Source: Candidatus Saccharimonadales bacterium (GTDB lineage: Bacteria > Chloroflexota > Dormibacteria > Aeolococcales > Aeolococcaceae). From it: a DNA stretch of 64,000 nt. The DNA is taken from the NCBI GenBank assembly GCA_035534875.1, contig DATLRB010000013.1:5859-69858 (forward strand), given 5' to 3'. Under the pieces are notes generated by a model. That model did not search any database. It was not told where the DNA came from and saw nothing but the letters and a program-made list of their open reading frames with translations. The position numbers and the translations under genes were made by a program. Below, one piece after another: positions 45,634 to 54,692 of this stretch (position 1 is the first letter of the stretch; each line of letters begins with the position of its first letter).

Positions 45634-46446
45634 ATGACAACTTTTACGGAGTCGATCCTCGCGCCTCTGGGTCACGGCGTCGTCCGTGCCCCGGCAGAGG
45701 CGACCGTGCTCGTCATCGACGATGACCCGGCGATGCGGGACATCCTCTCCACCGTCGCCCAGCAGCACGGCTTCGGCCTGCAGTTTGCCGAGGACGGCGC
45801 CGAGGGATTGCGCCTCGCGGAGCAGAGCGACGTCGACCTCATCCTGCTTGACCTCAGCCTGCCGGGCATGCCTGGACTGGACGTCTGCCGGCGGCTCCGG
45901 GGGGCGGGCGTCGAGGTCCCGATCATCATCCTGTCCGCCAGCACGGACACCGTCGATGTCGTCGTGGCGCTGGAGATCGGCGCTGACGACTACATCGCCA
46001 AACCGTTCGAGATTCGTGAGCTCGCCGCGCGTGTCAACGCCAAGCTGCGGCGCCAGCGGACCACCCAATCGCAGGTGCGCCCAGGACGCCTCAAGTTCCC
46101 CGGTCTCATCGTCGATATCGGCCGGCACGAGGTGCTCCGCGACGGCGAGTCGGTCAACCTCACTCCCACCGAATTCGACCTGCTCGCCCTTCTCTCCGCC
46201 TCGCCGGGACGCGTGATCTCGCGCTCCGAGATGATCCAGAAGGTCTGGGGTCAGGGCGCGGACCTCGACCTGCGCAGTGTTGACGCCCACGTGTACCGGC
46301 TCCGCCGCAAGATCGAGCCGACGGGCCCCAGGCCGACGTACATTCACGCCGTTCCCGGAATCGGCTATCGATTCGAGCGCCGCGGTCTCAACGAGCGCCT
46401 GTCGCGCAGCCTGACCGGGAGCGACGAGACCGGCCTAGCTAGCTGA
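45634..46446 (+). CDS. OmpR/PhoB-family response regulator
   Basis: Receiver domain VLVIDDD...LLDLSLPGMPG...AKPF. Winged helix LTPTEFDLLALL...VDAHVYRLRRKIE...GIGYRF. The ATG at 45634 is preceded by GAGGAAGGG. Confidence 0.9.
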   Translation: MTTFTESILAPLGHGVVRAPAEATVLVIDDDPAMRDILSTVAQQHGFGLQFAEDGAEGLRLAEQSDVDLILLDLSLPGMPGLDVCRRLRGAGVEVPIIILSASTDTVDVVVALEIGADDYIAKPFEIRELAARVNAKLRRQRTTQSQVRPGRLKFPGLIVDIGRHEVLRDGESVNLTPTEFDLLALLSASPGRVISRSEMIQKVWGQGADLDLRSVDAHVYRLRRKIEPTGPRPTYIHAVPGIGYRFERRGLNERLSRSLTGSDETGLAS

Positions 46447-46914
46447 CCACGGCGGTGGCGACAGTCGGCTGCGCATGGACAGACCGCGAGGCAGCGTTCG
46501 CCGCTGGGCGGAATCCTCGACGAGCACGAGCTGGCCGCGATCGTTCAACGTGGCCGGTCGCGCCTCGACGATCTGGCCGCGGATCAGCGAGAGCGGTCGC
46601 CCATGTGGCCGCTGGAATTCGTAGCACACCACTTCGCGGCCATCCCACAGCCGCCGCTTCGACGAGCCGCCGTAGACCGCGAGGCTCCGAGTGACTCGTC
46701 GTTGCTGCGGGGTTCTCACGGTGTACGAGATCCGATACATCTCCCCCCGCCGCAATTGGAAACGATCCACCTCTCCGTGATGCCCTGCACCTGGTGCATT
46801 CATCATCGTTTGCAAGTATTGACGCGTTCTGTGCGATGGACTCGGACCGTGCGTGACGCGCAGGTCACAGACCGCCATCGTGTCTTCGGACGCCTGCCCA
46901 ACCTCGATCCGCAT
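46435..46914 (-). CDS. hypothetical protein
   Basis: GC3-rich ORF. Its 3' end overlaps the convergent regulator gene by 12 nt. The likely start is an internal ATG (46878 or 46806). No recognisable domain. Confidence 0.3.
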   Translation of the reverse strand: MRIEVGQASEDTMAVCDLRVTHGPSPSHRTRQYLQTMMNAPGAGHHGEVDRFQLRRGEMYRISYTVRTPQQRRVTRSLAVYGGSSKRRLWDGREVVCYEFQRPHGRPLSLIRGQIVEARPATLNDRGQLVLVEDSAQRRTLPRGLSMRSRLSPPPWSAS

Positions 46915-46955
46915 TGGCTATCGAGTGGCGGTGCAAGCTATCGTGCAGGTTTCAG

Positions 46956-47738
46956 GTGACCGTATCCATCGCATGCGTTTCCGGCAAGGGCGGCGTGGGC
47001 AAGACCACGACCGTCATCAACCTCGGCGCCGCGCTCGCCGAGCGAGGTAAGCGCGTGCTCCTCGTCGATTGCGACCCGCAGTCGAATCTGACCAGCGGCG
47101 TCGGGTTCGATCCCTACGACGTACGGTCGGGGGTCGCCGCAGTGATCGGCGGTCGCGTCGAGGCCGGTGCGGCGATCACCGAGACGAGCTGGCCGAACCT
47201 CTGGGTACTGCCCGCCTCCCCCGACCTGTCGGCTGTTGAGGGCGAGCTCGCATCGTCGATCGACAAGGAGCTCGCCCTTCGCGACGCGCTACGGCGGGAC
47301 GGAGCCCGAGCCACCTTCGACTACGTCTTGTTCGACACCCCGCCCAGCTTCGGCTTTCAGACCATCAGTGCGCTCGCCGCCGCCGGGGAGGTGCTGATCC
47401 CGGTGCAGATGTCCGGTTTCGCCATCCGCGGCCTCAAGGAGGTGCTGCGCACGGTGCACCTGGTGCGAGGGCGCCTCAACCCGGATCTTGCGATCCTCGG
47501 GATCGTGCCCACCTTCGTCAACCTGCGCACCCGCTTCAGCCGCCAACTCCTCGACGGTCTGTGCGAGCTGGCCAACATCCGCGTGTTCGCGACCGTCATC
47601 ACGCCGACGGTGAAGCTTCAGGAAACGTCGCTCGCCGGTATTCCGATCACCGCGTACGCGTCATCGTCCAAGGCCGCGGCGGCATATCGCGAGCTCGCCG
47701 GCGAGATCGTCGGCGACGGAGTTGCAGCCGTTGTCTGA
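46956..47738 (+). CDS. parA: ParA/Soj-family ATPase
   Basis: Deviant Walker [17 protein letters not shown], then [12 protein letters not shown] and FDTPPS. The GTG at 46956 gives a typical short N-terminus. The ORF opens at TTG 46914. Confidence 0.85.
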   Translation: MTVSIACVSGKGGVGKTTTVINLGAALAERGKRVLLVDCDPQSNLTSGVGFDPYDVRSGVAAVIGGRVEAGAAITETSWPNLWVLPASPDLSAVEGELASSIDKELALRDALRRDGARATFDYVLFDTPPSFGFQTISALAAAGEVLIPVQMSGFAIRGLKEVLRTVHLVRGRLNPDLAILGIVPTFVNLRTRFSRQLLDGLCELANIRVFATVITPTVKLQETSLAGIPITAYASSSKAAAAYRELAGEIVGDGVAAVV

Positions 47739-48408
47739 GGTCGGCGAGCGCTCCCCGCACACCGTCAACGGGCCGTCGCTCTCGGGTCCCATGGCGCGCT
47801 GGCTCGCGCCCACGTCCGAGTCCCGCGTCGAGCGGATAGCCATCGCCGCGGTGCATGACCGGCCGTGGTGGCCAGGGACCGACGTCGACGCCGCCACGCT
47901 CGCGGCGCTCCGTGCCAGCATCGCGTCGCGGGGGATCATCGAACCGCTGCTGCTCCGGCGCAGGGGCGCCGACCGGTTCGAGGTTGTCTGCGGATCGCGG
48001 CGCCTTCGTGCCGCCCGCGAGCTGGGTCAGACTCACGTCCCGGCGATCGTCCGCGAACTCTCCGAACGGGAGGCGCTGCTGGTAGCCGCCTGGACTACCG
48101 TCGAACGTCGCCAGCACACCGGTGATCGCACCGCGCTGAGCGAGCGCCTGCTGGCGGCCGGGTTCACCCAGGATGAAACCCGCGTCCTCTCGGATCAGCC
48201 GTCGCTCCAGCAGGCGCAACCCGCGGCGCGGGCGAACGCGCCCACGTTCGTGCTTCGCCCCGATCCCCTCTCGCGCCCTCGGCGATTCGCAGCCGATATC
48301 GCTTTCGAACTGCCCCGCGCCGAGGTGCTCCCTGCCATGGCGCCGGAGGCGCTGACCGCCGCGCTCACTGCTCTGGAGGGCGTGAGCCTGGTCGCCCTGG
48401 CGCGGTGA
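47722..48408 (+). CDS. ParB N-terminal (ParB/Srx) domain protein, atypical
   Basis: [21 protein letters not shown]...[17 protein letters not shown]...VPAIVREL. No clear HTH or dimerisation domain. An alternative ATG start is at 47791. Confidence 0.65.
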   Translation: MQPLSEVGERSPHTVNGPSLSGPMARWLAPTSESRVERIAIAAVHDRPWWPGTDVDAATLAALRASIASRGIIEPLLLRRRGADRFEVVCGSRRLRAARELGQTHVPAIVRELSEREALLVAAWTTVERRQHTGDRTALSERLLAAGFTQDETRVLSDQPSLQQAQPAARANAPTFVLRPDPLSRPRRFAADIAFELPRAEVLPAMAPEALTAALTALEGVSLVALAR

Positions 48409-48926
48409 GCTCTGTTCCCCGTCACTCCGAGGAGGAGCTCCGCCAGCAATGGGCCTTTCTCGACGCCCTGGTCGACCGGCAGGCGGCCAGCTTGAGGTCC
48501 GGCGTCCAGGATCCCGAAGAGGATGATCTGACCGTTCCGATGGTCGCCACCGACACGGCCTACCTCCAGGAGATCTCCACCCTCACGCAGCGCGTCACCA
48601 CGCTCGAGGATGAACGGACGACGCTGCTCCGCCGGATCGACCTCGCAGAGCAGGCACGGATGGCGGCGGAGTCGGCGAGGGTGGCGGCCGAAGGCGCTCG
48701 CCAGGCCGCCGAGCGGACGCTGGCCGAGGAACGATCCCGCCTGCAGCGCGATGCCCGCCCGGCGGATGCCTTGTCACGACAGAGCGTCCCCTTGGCTCCA
48801 GGCGCGGCTCCGACACCCGTACACCACCCCGTCAGAGGCATCCCTGCTCGGAGCGCGACAGCCCCCCCGAAGGTGGCGGCGACGAAGCCGCGACGCAAGA
48901 GTTGGTGGCAGCGGATCAGGGAGTGA
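48405..48926 (+). CDS. coiled-coil hypothetical protein
   Basis: The GTG overlaps the upstream stop (GTGA). Heptad-like AEQARMAAESARVAAEGARQAAERTLAEERSRLQ. Basic C-terminus KPRRKSWWQRIRE. Confidence 0.45.
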   Translation: MSSVPRHSEEELRQQWAFLDALVDRQAASLRSGVQDPEEDDLTVPMVATDTAYLQEISTLTQRVTTLEDERTTLLRRIDLAEQARMAAESARVAAEGARQAAERTLAEERSRLQRDARPADALSRQSVPLAPGAAPTPVHHPVRGIPARSATAPPKVAATKPRRKSWWQRIRE

Positions 48927-49719
48927 CCGCGCCCGCCGGTTTCGGCCGTCTGCCCTGCGCCATCCCGACGAACTGACGCAGCGCCTCGGTCGGAGCCGGG
49001 CGCGTCGCGACCTCCCGGAGCAGCAACTTGCTCTCGGTGAGCAACTCCTGATCCGGGAGTTCGCCGCGGCCGGATGTGGCGACGACCCAGCCCGGGGAGT
49101 ACCAGAGCACCGTCTCGAACGCCAGCCCGCTCAGTGTCAGTCCGTTGAGCAGCGACTCGGTGATCCTCGAGAGCGGCCGTTTCGCATTCGTGACGACGAT
49201 CCCGCGGATCCGATCGAGCACATCGAGCTGCTGCGCGAGCCCCACGGTCAGCGCCGCCGCTCGCAACGAGAGAATGTCGAGCGCAGTGGGGATCACGATC
49301 CGGTCGGCGGCCCCCATCGGCCCGACCAGCGACGGTTCGTGTGGGTGCGTGTCCAGCAGGATGATGTCGCAGTCGTCACGAACATCCGCGAGCATCTCGT
49401 CGAGTTGCTCCTTCGAGGGCGACTCGTCATTGAGGCTTCGGTGTGACACGACGGTGCGGATACCGAGCGGATGATCGATCAGCGCATCTCGGAGGGTGAC
49501 ACGCCCGTGCAGGACATCGATGACGGTAACGCTGCGTTTGGCCCGCTCCAGAGCATTGCTCAATCCGCCGGTCGGATCGAGGTCGATTGCGATGACTTTG
49601 AGACCACCTGCGGCAGCTGCCGCGCACAGCGCATAGCTACTGGTTGTCTTCCCGACACCACCTTTTAGCGACGCAATCGTGATTACTTCTGCAGGCACGA
49701 CCGTAGAATATCCGCACAT
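48916..49719 (-). CDS. ParA/MinD/CpaE-like ATPase (second copy)
   Basis: [15 protein letters not shown]...IAIDLDPTGG...LLDTHP. The start is ATG 49719 or GTG 49698. Confidence 0.75.
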   Translation of the reverse strand: MCGYSTVVPAEVITIASLKGGVGKTTSSYALCAAAAAGGLKVIAIDLDPTGGLSNALERAKRSVTVIDVLHGRVTLRDALIDHPLGIRTVVSHRSLNDESPSKEQLDEMLADVRDDCDIILLDTHPHEPSLVGPMGAADRIVIPTALDILSLRAAALTVGLAQQLDVLDRIRGIVVTNAKRPLSRITESLLNGLTLSGLAFETVLWYSPGWVVATSGRGELPDQELLTESKLLLREVATRPAPTEALRQFVGMAQGRRPKPAGAVTP

Positions 49720-52342
49720 GGCCACCGCGGCGCCCCATGTCAAGCTACTGCGACAGCTTGCCAGCGCCAAAGACGATTATTTGAGTGGCGCGTTCGACAT
49801 TTCCTGGGACGGCGCTAAAGCGACGCTCTACCTCGTGTTCGGACGGCCGAGCCACGCTGTGTTCGAAACGGATCAAGCACAGATCGAAGGGGAAGCTGCG
49901 ATCGACGCGCTGCTCGCCGCGCTGCCACGGGTCTTCTCGGTCTCCGACTGGCGGCGCGCGATGTCGCCCCACGAAACCCTCTCGATCACCATCGACGAAC
50001 TCGCCGGCCCGTTCGTGCGCCTCGCAGGGTCGTACGCAGACGACCCGGTCACCGACGAGAGCCCCGAGTGGTGGAGCGCGGTCGACGACTCGCCGGATCT
50101 TCCCTTCGGGCTCGCAGACTTTCCACTGCTGCCTGGTGGACGTCCGCTCTGGATCGAGGCCTCGCCCGATGAGGTCCATCTTGCCGATCGCCTTGCCGAG
50201 CTGCCGCCCTCGATCCTGATGCTCACCGGCGCGAAGCTGCGTGCCGCGGCGGTCGTGAGCGGTGGCGACCTGATCGACGCCGTCTGGATCGATGCCGACG
50301 ATCACGCCCGCGGCGAGACCGCCGGGATGGCGATATTGGGCGCGACCAAGGGCTCACTGGCCGGCTACGCGCTCGATGATCCACGCGTCGCCGAGTCTCT
50401 GACCATGCTCTGGCGGCTCCCCGTGGCGGTGAGTGATGTCGAGCTGTCGTGGCTCGACCCTGCCTCGATGCTCGCCGCATTCCGAGCCGACGGCCTCGAC
50501 CGCGTGCTGGTCATCGACGCCCCCGTTCGCGGCATCGCGCTCTTCAGTCGCGGGGGGCTCGTGGCGGTCTATTCGGAGACACAGCGATCGGCGGTCGCCT
50601 CACCGGAGCGTCTACGCTCCCTGCTCTCGCAGGCGCGCGGACGGCTGACCGTGATGGAGCGTAAACCACGCCCGCTCGCGGCAGACACGACCCCGGCACC
50701 GGCGAGCGCACGTGACTTTTTCGAGGTCACGCCGCCTGATCCCGCACCCGTGGCATCGCCTGATGCCGAGCACGACGCTGCACCGGACGTCACTCCCGAC
50801 GCCGCGGCTGCTGACTCGCCTCCCGCGGTCGATGAGACGGGCGCTGAGGACGGCGAGACCGACGCCCCGCACACAGTGGGTGACACGGCGGACGACCTCG
50901 CACCCCCGCCGCCGCCCCCGCCGGACGAGCAGGCGGCGGCGGAAGCCGGTGACGTCCCGCCTGCTCTCGCTCCCGCTCCCGAAGCCGCCCGATCCGAGCC
51001 CAAACCCAAGCGGTCGCGCTGGGGATTCGGACGGTCTCGAAAGTCTCGTGCCGAACGTCGCGCGGCTGGGGATGCCGCTGCCAAAAGCACTGGCGAGTCC
51101 CCCGAGTCCGCAGGCTCCGAGGCGGCCACCTTTGCGGGGTGGAGCATCCGCCAGCCGAATGCCGGTACTCAGCCGGTGTGGTATCGCTCACAGGACCCGG
51201 CCGGCACGCCTCCGGCCGCTCCCGATCCTGATTCCGGGGAAGCCGATGGAGCTGCGCCGACGTGGTCGGTCGCGCATCCCGTGGATGACGCCCCGCCACC
51301 CGCCGATGCACCTGCTGCGGATGAGAGACCTTCCACGGACGACCCTCCGGTTGCTGATTCGGCGTTGGTTGCGTCCGATGCTCCGGTCGCGGCCGACGCC
51401 GCCGACGCTGCTCTGGCGGCGGAGACGCCTGATGCGGAAGCCGGCCCGGAGGTGGGAGCGGATGAAACGACGCCGCTGCTGCTGCTCCAGGTCCCCTCCG
51501 AATCGGCGCCGATCGACGAGCCGTCAGTGGAACCTGCGGAGGTCGGCGCTGCCGATCCTCTCGACCAGGGCCACCTGTTCGAGTTCGACTCGGAGGACGA
51601 GCCCGCGCCTGAAGCGGCGTCTGAATCGTGGCTTTCCTCGTCATGGCTTGACGACGTCGCGCATGGCGAAACCTCATCCGCCACGACCGAACAGGACATC
51701 ACCCCGGACGCTGACGCCTCGGAACACACCGACGCCGGACCAACCCCGGACGAGGAACCCAACGCGACCGCCGACCTCTGGGCGGAGGCGCCGGTCACCG
51801 ACCAGGATCATGGAGCCGAACCTTCGCCCCGAGACGAGCCCGTCGCCGACCACGGCGATCTCGATGCCGCCGGCGAGGAGGCGATCAGCCCCGGGCCGGT
51901 TCTGCGGACACCGGGCCCATGGAGCTGGCCGCTGGCCGAACCCGACGAGGAGCCTCGGGGCACCGCGGGTGCTGCCGCGGCATCGCACTCCTCCGATGAG
52001 CCCGACGCGCTCGAGCCGCAGACCGCGGACGGTGCGACGCCGGCGTCCGATGACGACGCGGACTCGGCTTTCTTCCATCGTGACGAGCCGGTCGGATCGC
52101 AATACGTGGACTTCGACGAGGTGCGCAACGAGCTGGTCCAGATCGGCATCGTGTGGCTCGGTGAGACGAACGCGGGACCGGTGACTGCGTTGCTCAGCAG
52201 TACCCGCTCGACGATCGACGATTTCGTCGCGACCATTGACACGATTCGCGGGCTTCACCTCGAGGGCCAGGATCCCGCGTCGATTCAGGCCATGGCGCGT
52301 GAGATGCACCAGCAGGCTGCGGAGCGGTTGTGCGGGGCGTGA
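49718..52342 (+). CDS. large acidic protein: structured N-terminal ~310 aa (DUF4388-like repeats?), ~465-aa disordered D/E/P/A region, ~90-aa C-terminal domain
   Basis: The frame is continuously open. The N-terminus LSGAFDISWDGAKATLYLVFGRPSHAVFET...IEGEAAIDALL resembles DUF4388-type modules (judged by eye). The middle region is low complexity. Confidence 0.6.
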   Translation: MATAAPHVKLLRQLASAKDDYLSGAFDISWDGAKATLYLVFGRPSHAVFETDQAQIEGEAAIDALLAALPRVFSVSDWRRAMSPHETLSITIDELAGPFVRLAGSYADDPVTDESPEWWSAVDDSPDLPFGLADFPLLPGGRPLWIEASPDEVHLADRLAELPPSILMLTGAKLRAAAVVSGGDLIDAVWIDADDHARGETAGMAILGATKGSLAGYALDDPRVAESLTMLWRLPVAVSDVELSWLDPASMLAAFRADGLDRVLVIDAPVRGIALFSRGGLVAVYSETQRSAVASPERLRSLLSQARGRLTVMERKPRPLAADTTPAPASARDFFEVTPPDPAPVASPDAEHDAAPDVTPDAAAADSPPAVDETGAEDGETDAPHTVGDTADDLAPPPPPPPDEQAAAEAGDVPPALAPAPEAARSEPKPKRSRWGFGRSRKSRAERRAAGDAAAKSTGESPESAGSEAATFAGWSIRQPNAGTQPVWYRSQDPAGTPPAAPDPDSGEADGAAPTWSVAHPVDDAPPPADAPAADERPSTDDPPVADSALVASDAPVAADAADAALAAETPDAEAGPEVGADETTPLLLLQVPSESAPIDEPSVEPAEVGAADPLDQGHLFEFDSEDEPAPEAASESWLSSSWLDDVAHGETSSATTEQDITPDADASEHTDAGPTPDEEPNATADLWAEAPVTDQDHGAEPSPRDEPVADHGDLDAAGEEAISPGPVLRTPGPWSWPLAEPDEEPRGTAGAAAASHSSDEPDALEPQTADGATPASDDDADSAFFHRDEPVGSQYVDFDEVRNELVQIGIVWLGETNAGPVTALLSSTRSTIDDFVATIDTIRGLHLEGQDPASIQAMAREMHQQAAERLCGA

Positions 52343-52346
52343 CCCG

Positions 52347-52784
52347 GTGACCACCCAGGTGGCGAGCTGGATCCAGGATCATTCGGTGCTGATCCTGGCC
52401 GGCCTTGCCGTGGTCGAGGGCATCATCTGTCTCGCGCTGCTCCGGGCGGCAAGACATTCGCGCAACGAGATGAAAGCGGCCCAGGCGGCGGCACTCGAGT
52501 CCGCACGAGCAGCTGCTCTGGCAGCTCCGGGTGCGATCGACCCCGAGGCGGTCCTCGCCCTGTTGCGCCAGGGCCATGCCCCCACCCTCGACAACGTGTA
52601 CGCGATGATGCGTCGGCGAGAGCTCGAGGGGGCGGACCGCAACGATGATGACGCGCCCGCCTCCCGCAGAGCGCGATCGCGTTCCGGGGTGGCGACGAGC
52701 ATTCCGACCAGGGACGCACCGCCGGACCGCACCTCGCTCACGACCTCTCAGGTGGAAGAGCGGCTGCGCCCGTACGAACGCTGA
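52347..52784 (+). CDS. small single-pass membrane protein
   Basis: The GTG lies 4 nt after the upstream stop. TM segment HSVLILAGLAVVEGIICLALL followed by an Ala-rich helix. Confidence 0.4.
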   Translation: MTTQVASWIQDHSVLILAGLAVVEGIICLALLRAARHSRNEMKAAQAAALESARAAALAAPGAIDPEAVLALLRQGHAPTLDNVYAMMRRRELEGADRNDDDAPASRRARSRSGVATSIPTRDAPPDRTSLTTSQVEERLRPYER

Positions 52785-52791
52785 GCTGTCG

Positions 52792-53304
52792 CTACCGCGG
52801 GTGGCTCCGCCGCTCGAGCGACGCTGGACGTCCCCTGCCGCACGCCTCGGCCGCAGCGAGGAATGCCATCGCGACCGCCTCCTCGCGCAGCCGAGCGATC
52901 GCGTCCTCCGTCCGGTGCAGCACGGTCACGCTGTTGCGGATGGTCCATCCGGATCGACCGGAAACCTTCGGAGGGAGCAGTTGCTCGCCCGGCGAGCGGA
53001 CCGACCAGCTCCCTGGGGAGGCACTTGCCGATTTCGTGGCCGAGTAGAGCGACCCGGGGCGCCTGGCTCCGTCGAGGGTGCCTGGCCGCTGGACTTCCAC
53101 GAAGACCGGGGCGCTCTGCGGCATCGATATGGGCCAGACCACCTCCACCGGCGGGATGACATTCCTCTCGGTCGGCATCGCGCCGGCGAGCGCGAAGAGC
53201 GCTGCGGCGAGATCTTCACCGGAATCGAAGGCGCTGCCCTCGCCGAACCACTCGTCGTCCTGAGTCGAGGAACCCTCCGCCGTCGCCAGCGCCCCTGTGC
53301 TCAT
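52792..53304 (-). CDS. hypothetical protein (acidic N-terminus)
   Basis: GC3-rich frame from the ATG at 53304. No domain recognised. Confidence 0.35.
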   Translation of the reverse strand: MSTGALATAEGSSTQDDEWFGEGSAFDSGEDLAAALFALAGAMPTERNVIPPVEVVWPISMPQSAPVFVEVQRPGTLDGARRPGSLYSATKSASASPGSWSVRSPGEQLLPPKVSGRSGWTIRNSVTVLHRTEDAIARLREEAVAMAFLAAAEACGRGRPASLERRSHPR

Positions 53305-53470
53305 CACAACGAGGTGATCGTACCGGGACGAGTTAACGAGTCGTGGATGTCTGGAACGCTGCAGGAATCGAACGTGTATCGAACCGGTTGCTCCCGTCAG
53401 CGCGTGGCGCCGCTGCGCACACAATCGGCGCGGAACCGCCCTCCGTCCGAAATCCAAGGAGCATCCTCAC

Positions 53471-54640
53471 GTGAGCATGGCAGCCGTCCCGCAGAAGCTC
53501 GACAGCCGGTATCTCGAGGCTCTGGGCCCCCTGCGTCCACTGGTCGACGACGACAGCCTGACCGAGATCATGGTCAACGGACCGGAGATGGTCTACGTGG
53601 AACGCAAGGGAAAGATCCTCCTGACCGACATCCGGTTCGACGACGAGGCTCACCTGATGCGTGTGATCGACACCATCGGTGCCGCCGTAGGACGACGCAT
53701 CGACTCGCGCACACCCCTGATGGACGCGCGCTTGCTCGACGGATCCCGCGTCAACGCGGCGATACCGCCGGTGGCGCTCGATGGTCCCATTCTGACGATT
53801 CGAAAGTTCAGCAAGGACCCGTATCAGGTGTCCGACCTCATCGGGTTCGGAACGATGACCCAGGAAGCTGCCGCGTTCATCCAGGCGTGCGTGCTCGCGC
53901 GCGCGAACATCCTCGTGTCCGGCGGTACCGGTACGGGAAAGACGACGCTCCTCAACGTGTGCTCCGGCTTCATTCCGATCGACGAACGCATCGTCACCAT
54001 CGAGGATGCCGCCGAGCTGCAGTTGCACCAGGAGCATGTCTGCCGTCTGGAGGCACGTCCCGCCGACGTAAACGGCGAGGGCCGCATCGCGATCCGCGAG
54101 CTGGTCATCAACTCGCTGCGCATGCGACCCGATCGCATCGTCGTCGGAGAGTGCCGCGGTGGCGAAGCCCTCGACATGCTCCAGGCGATGAACACGGGCC
54201 ACGACGGCTCGCTGACCACCATCCATGCGAACAGCCCGCGCGAAACCCTCTCCAGGCTCGAGACGCTGGTGCTCATGGCCGGTCTGGACCTGCCCCTCAA
54301 GGCAATCCGTCAACAGATCGCGGGCGCGATCAACCTGATCATCCAGCTGAACCGCCTCAAGGACGGCTCGCGCAAGGTCGTGTCCGTCACCGAGGTCATC
54401 GGGATGGAAGGTGAGATGATCACCGTGCAGGAGATCTTCAAGTTCGAGTCGCGCGGTGCAGATCCGTCGACCGGAAAGATCATCGGCGACTTCGAGCCGA
54501 CGGGCATCAGGCCGCGGATCATCGACAGGCTGTTCGACATGGGCATCCCGCTCCCGCCGCGACTTGCGCAGATCTTCCCGGACCGCCGCCAGGTGGGCGT
54601 CGTGACCGAGAAGAACGGTCACCTCAGCGGTGTCGCGTAA
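53471..54640 (+). CDS. CpaF/TadA/VirB11-family secretion ATPase (short form)
   Basis: Walker A VSGGTGTGKTTLLN. Asp box IVTIEDAAELQL. Walker B RPDRIVVGECRG. His box GHDGSLTTIHAN. AAGGAG lies 9 nt upstream of the GTG. Confidence 0.88.
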   Translation: MSMAAVPQKLDSRYLEALGPLRPLVDDDSLTEIMVNGPEMVYVERKGKILLTDIRFDDEAHLMRVIDTIGAAVGRRIDSRTPLMDARLLDGSRVNAAIPPVALDGPILTIRKFSKDPYQVSDLIGFGTMTQEAAAFIQACVLARANILVSGGTGTGKTTLLNVCSGFIPIDERIVTIEDAAELQLHQEHVCRLEARPADVNGEGRIAIRELVINSLRMRPDRIVVGECRGGEALDMLQAMNTGHDGSLTTIHANSPRETLSRLETLVLMAGLDLPLKAIRQQIAGAINLIIQLNRLKDGSRKVVSVTEVIGMEGEMITVQEIFKFESRGADPSTGKIIGDFEPTGIRPRIIDRLFDMGIPLPPRLAQIFPDRRQVGVVTEKNGHLSGVA

Positions 54641-54692
54641 CAGCTCGCGCTAACGATCGCCGACTGAGTGATCCCGTCGGCACACGCCGGCG

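Noticed and set aside
50660-52060. Possible tandem DNA repeats or a contingency locus in the acidic region of the giant ORF
   Set aside because: The region is compositionally biased (GAC/GCC/CCG-rich). I could not find an exactly or nearly exactly repeated unit or a fixed period. It is treated as low-complexity coding sequence.
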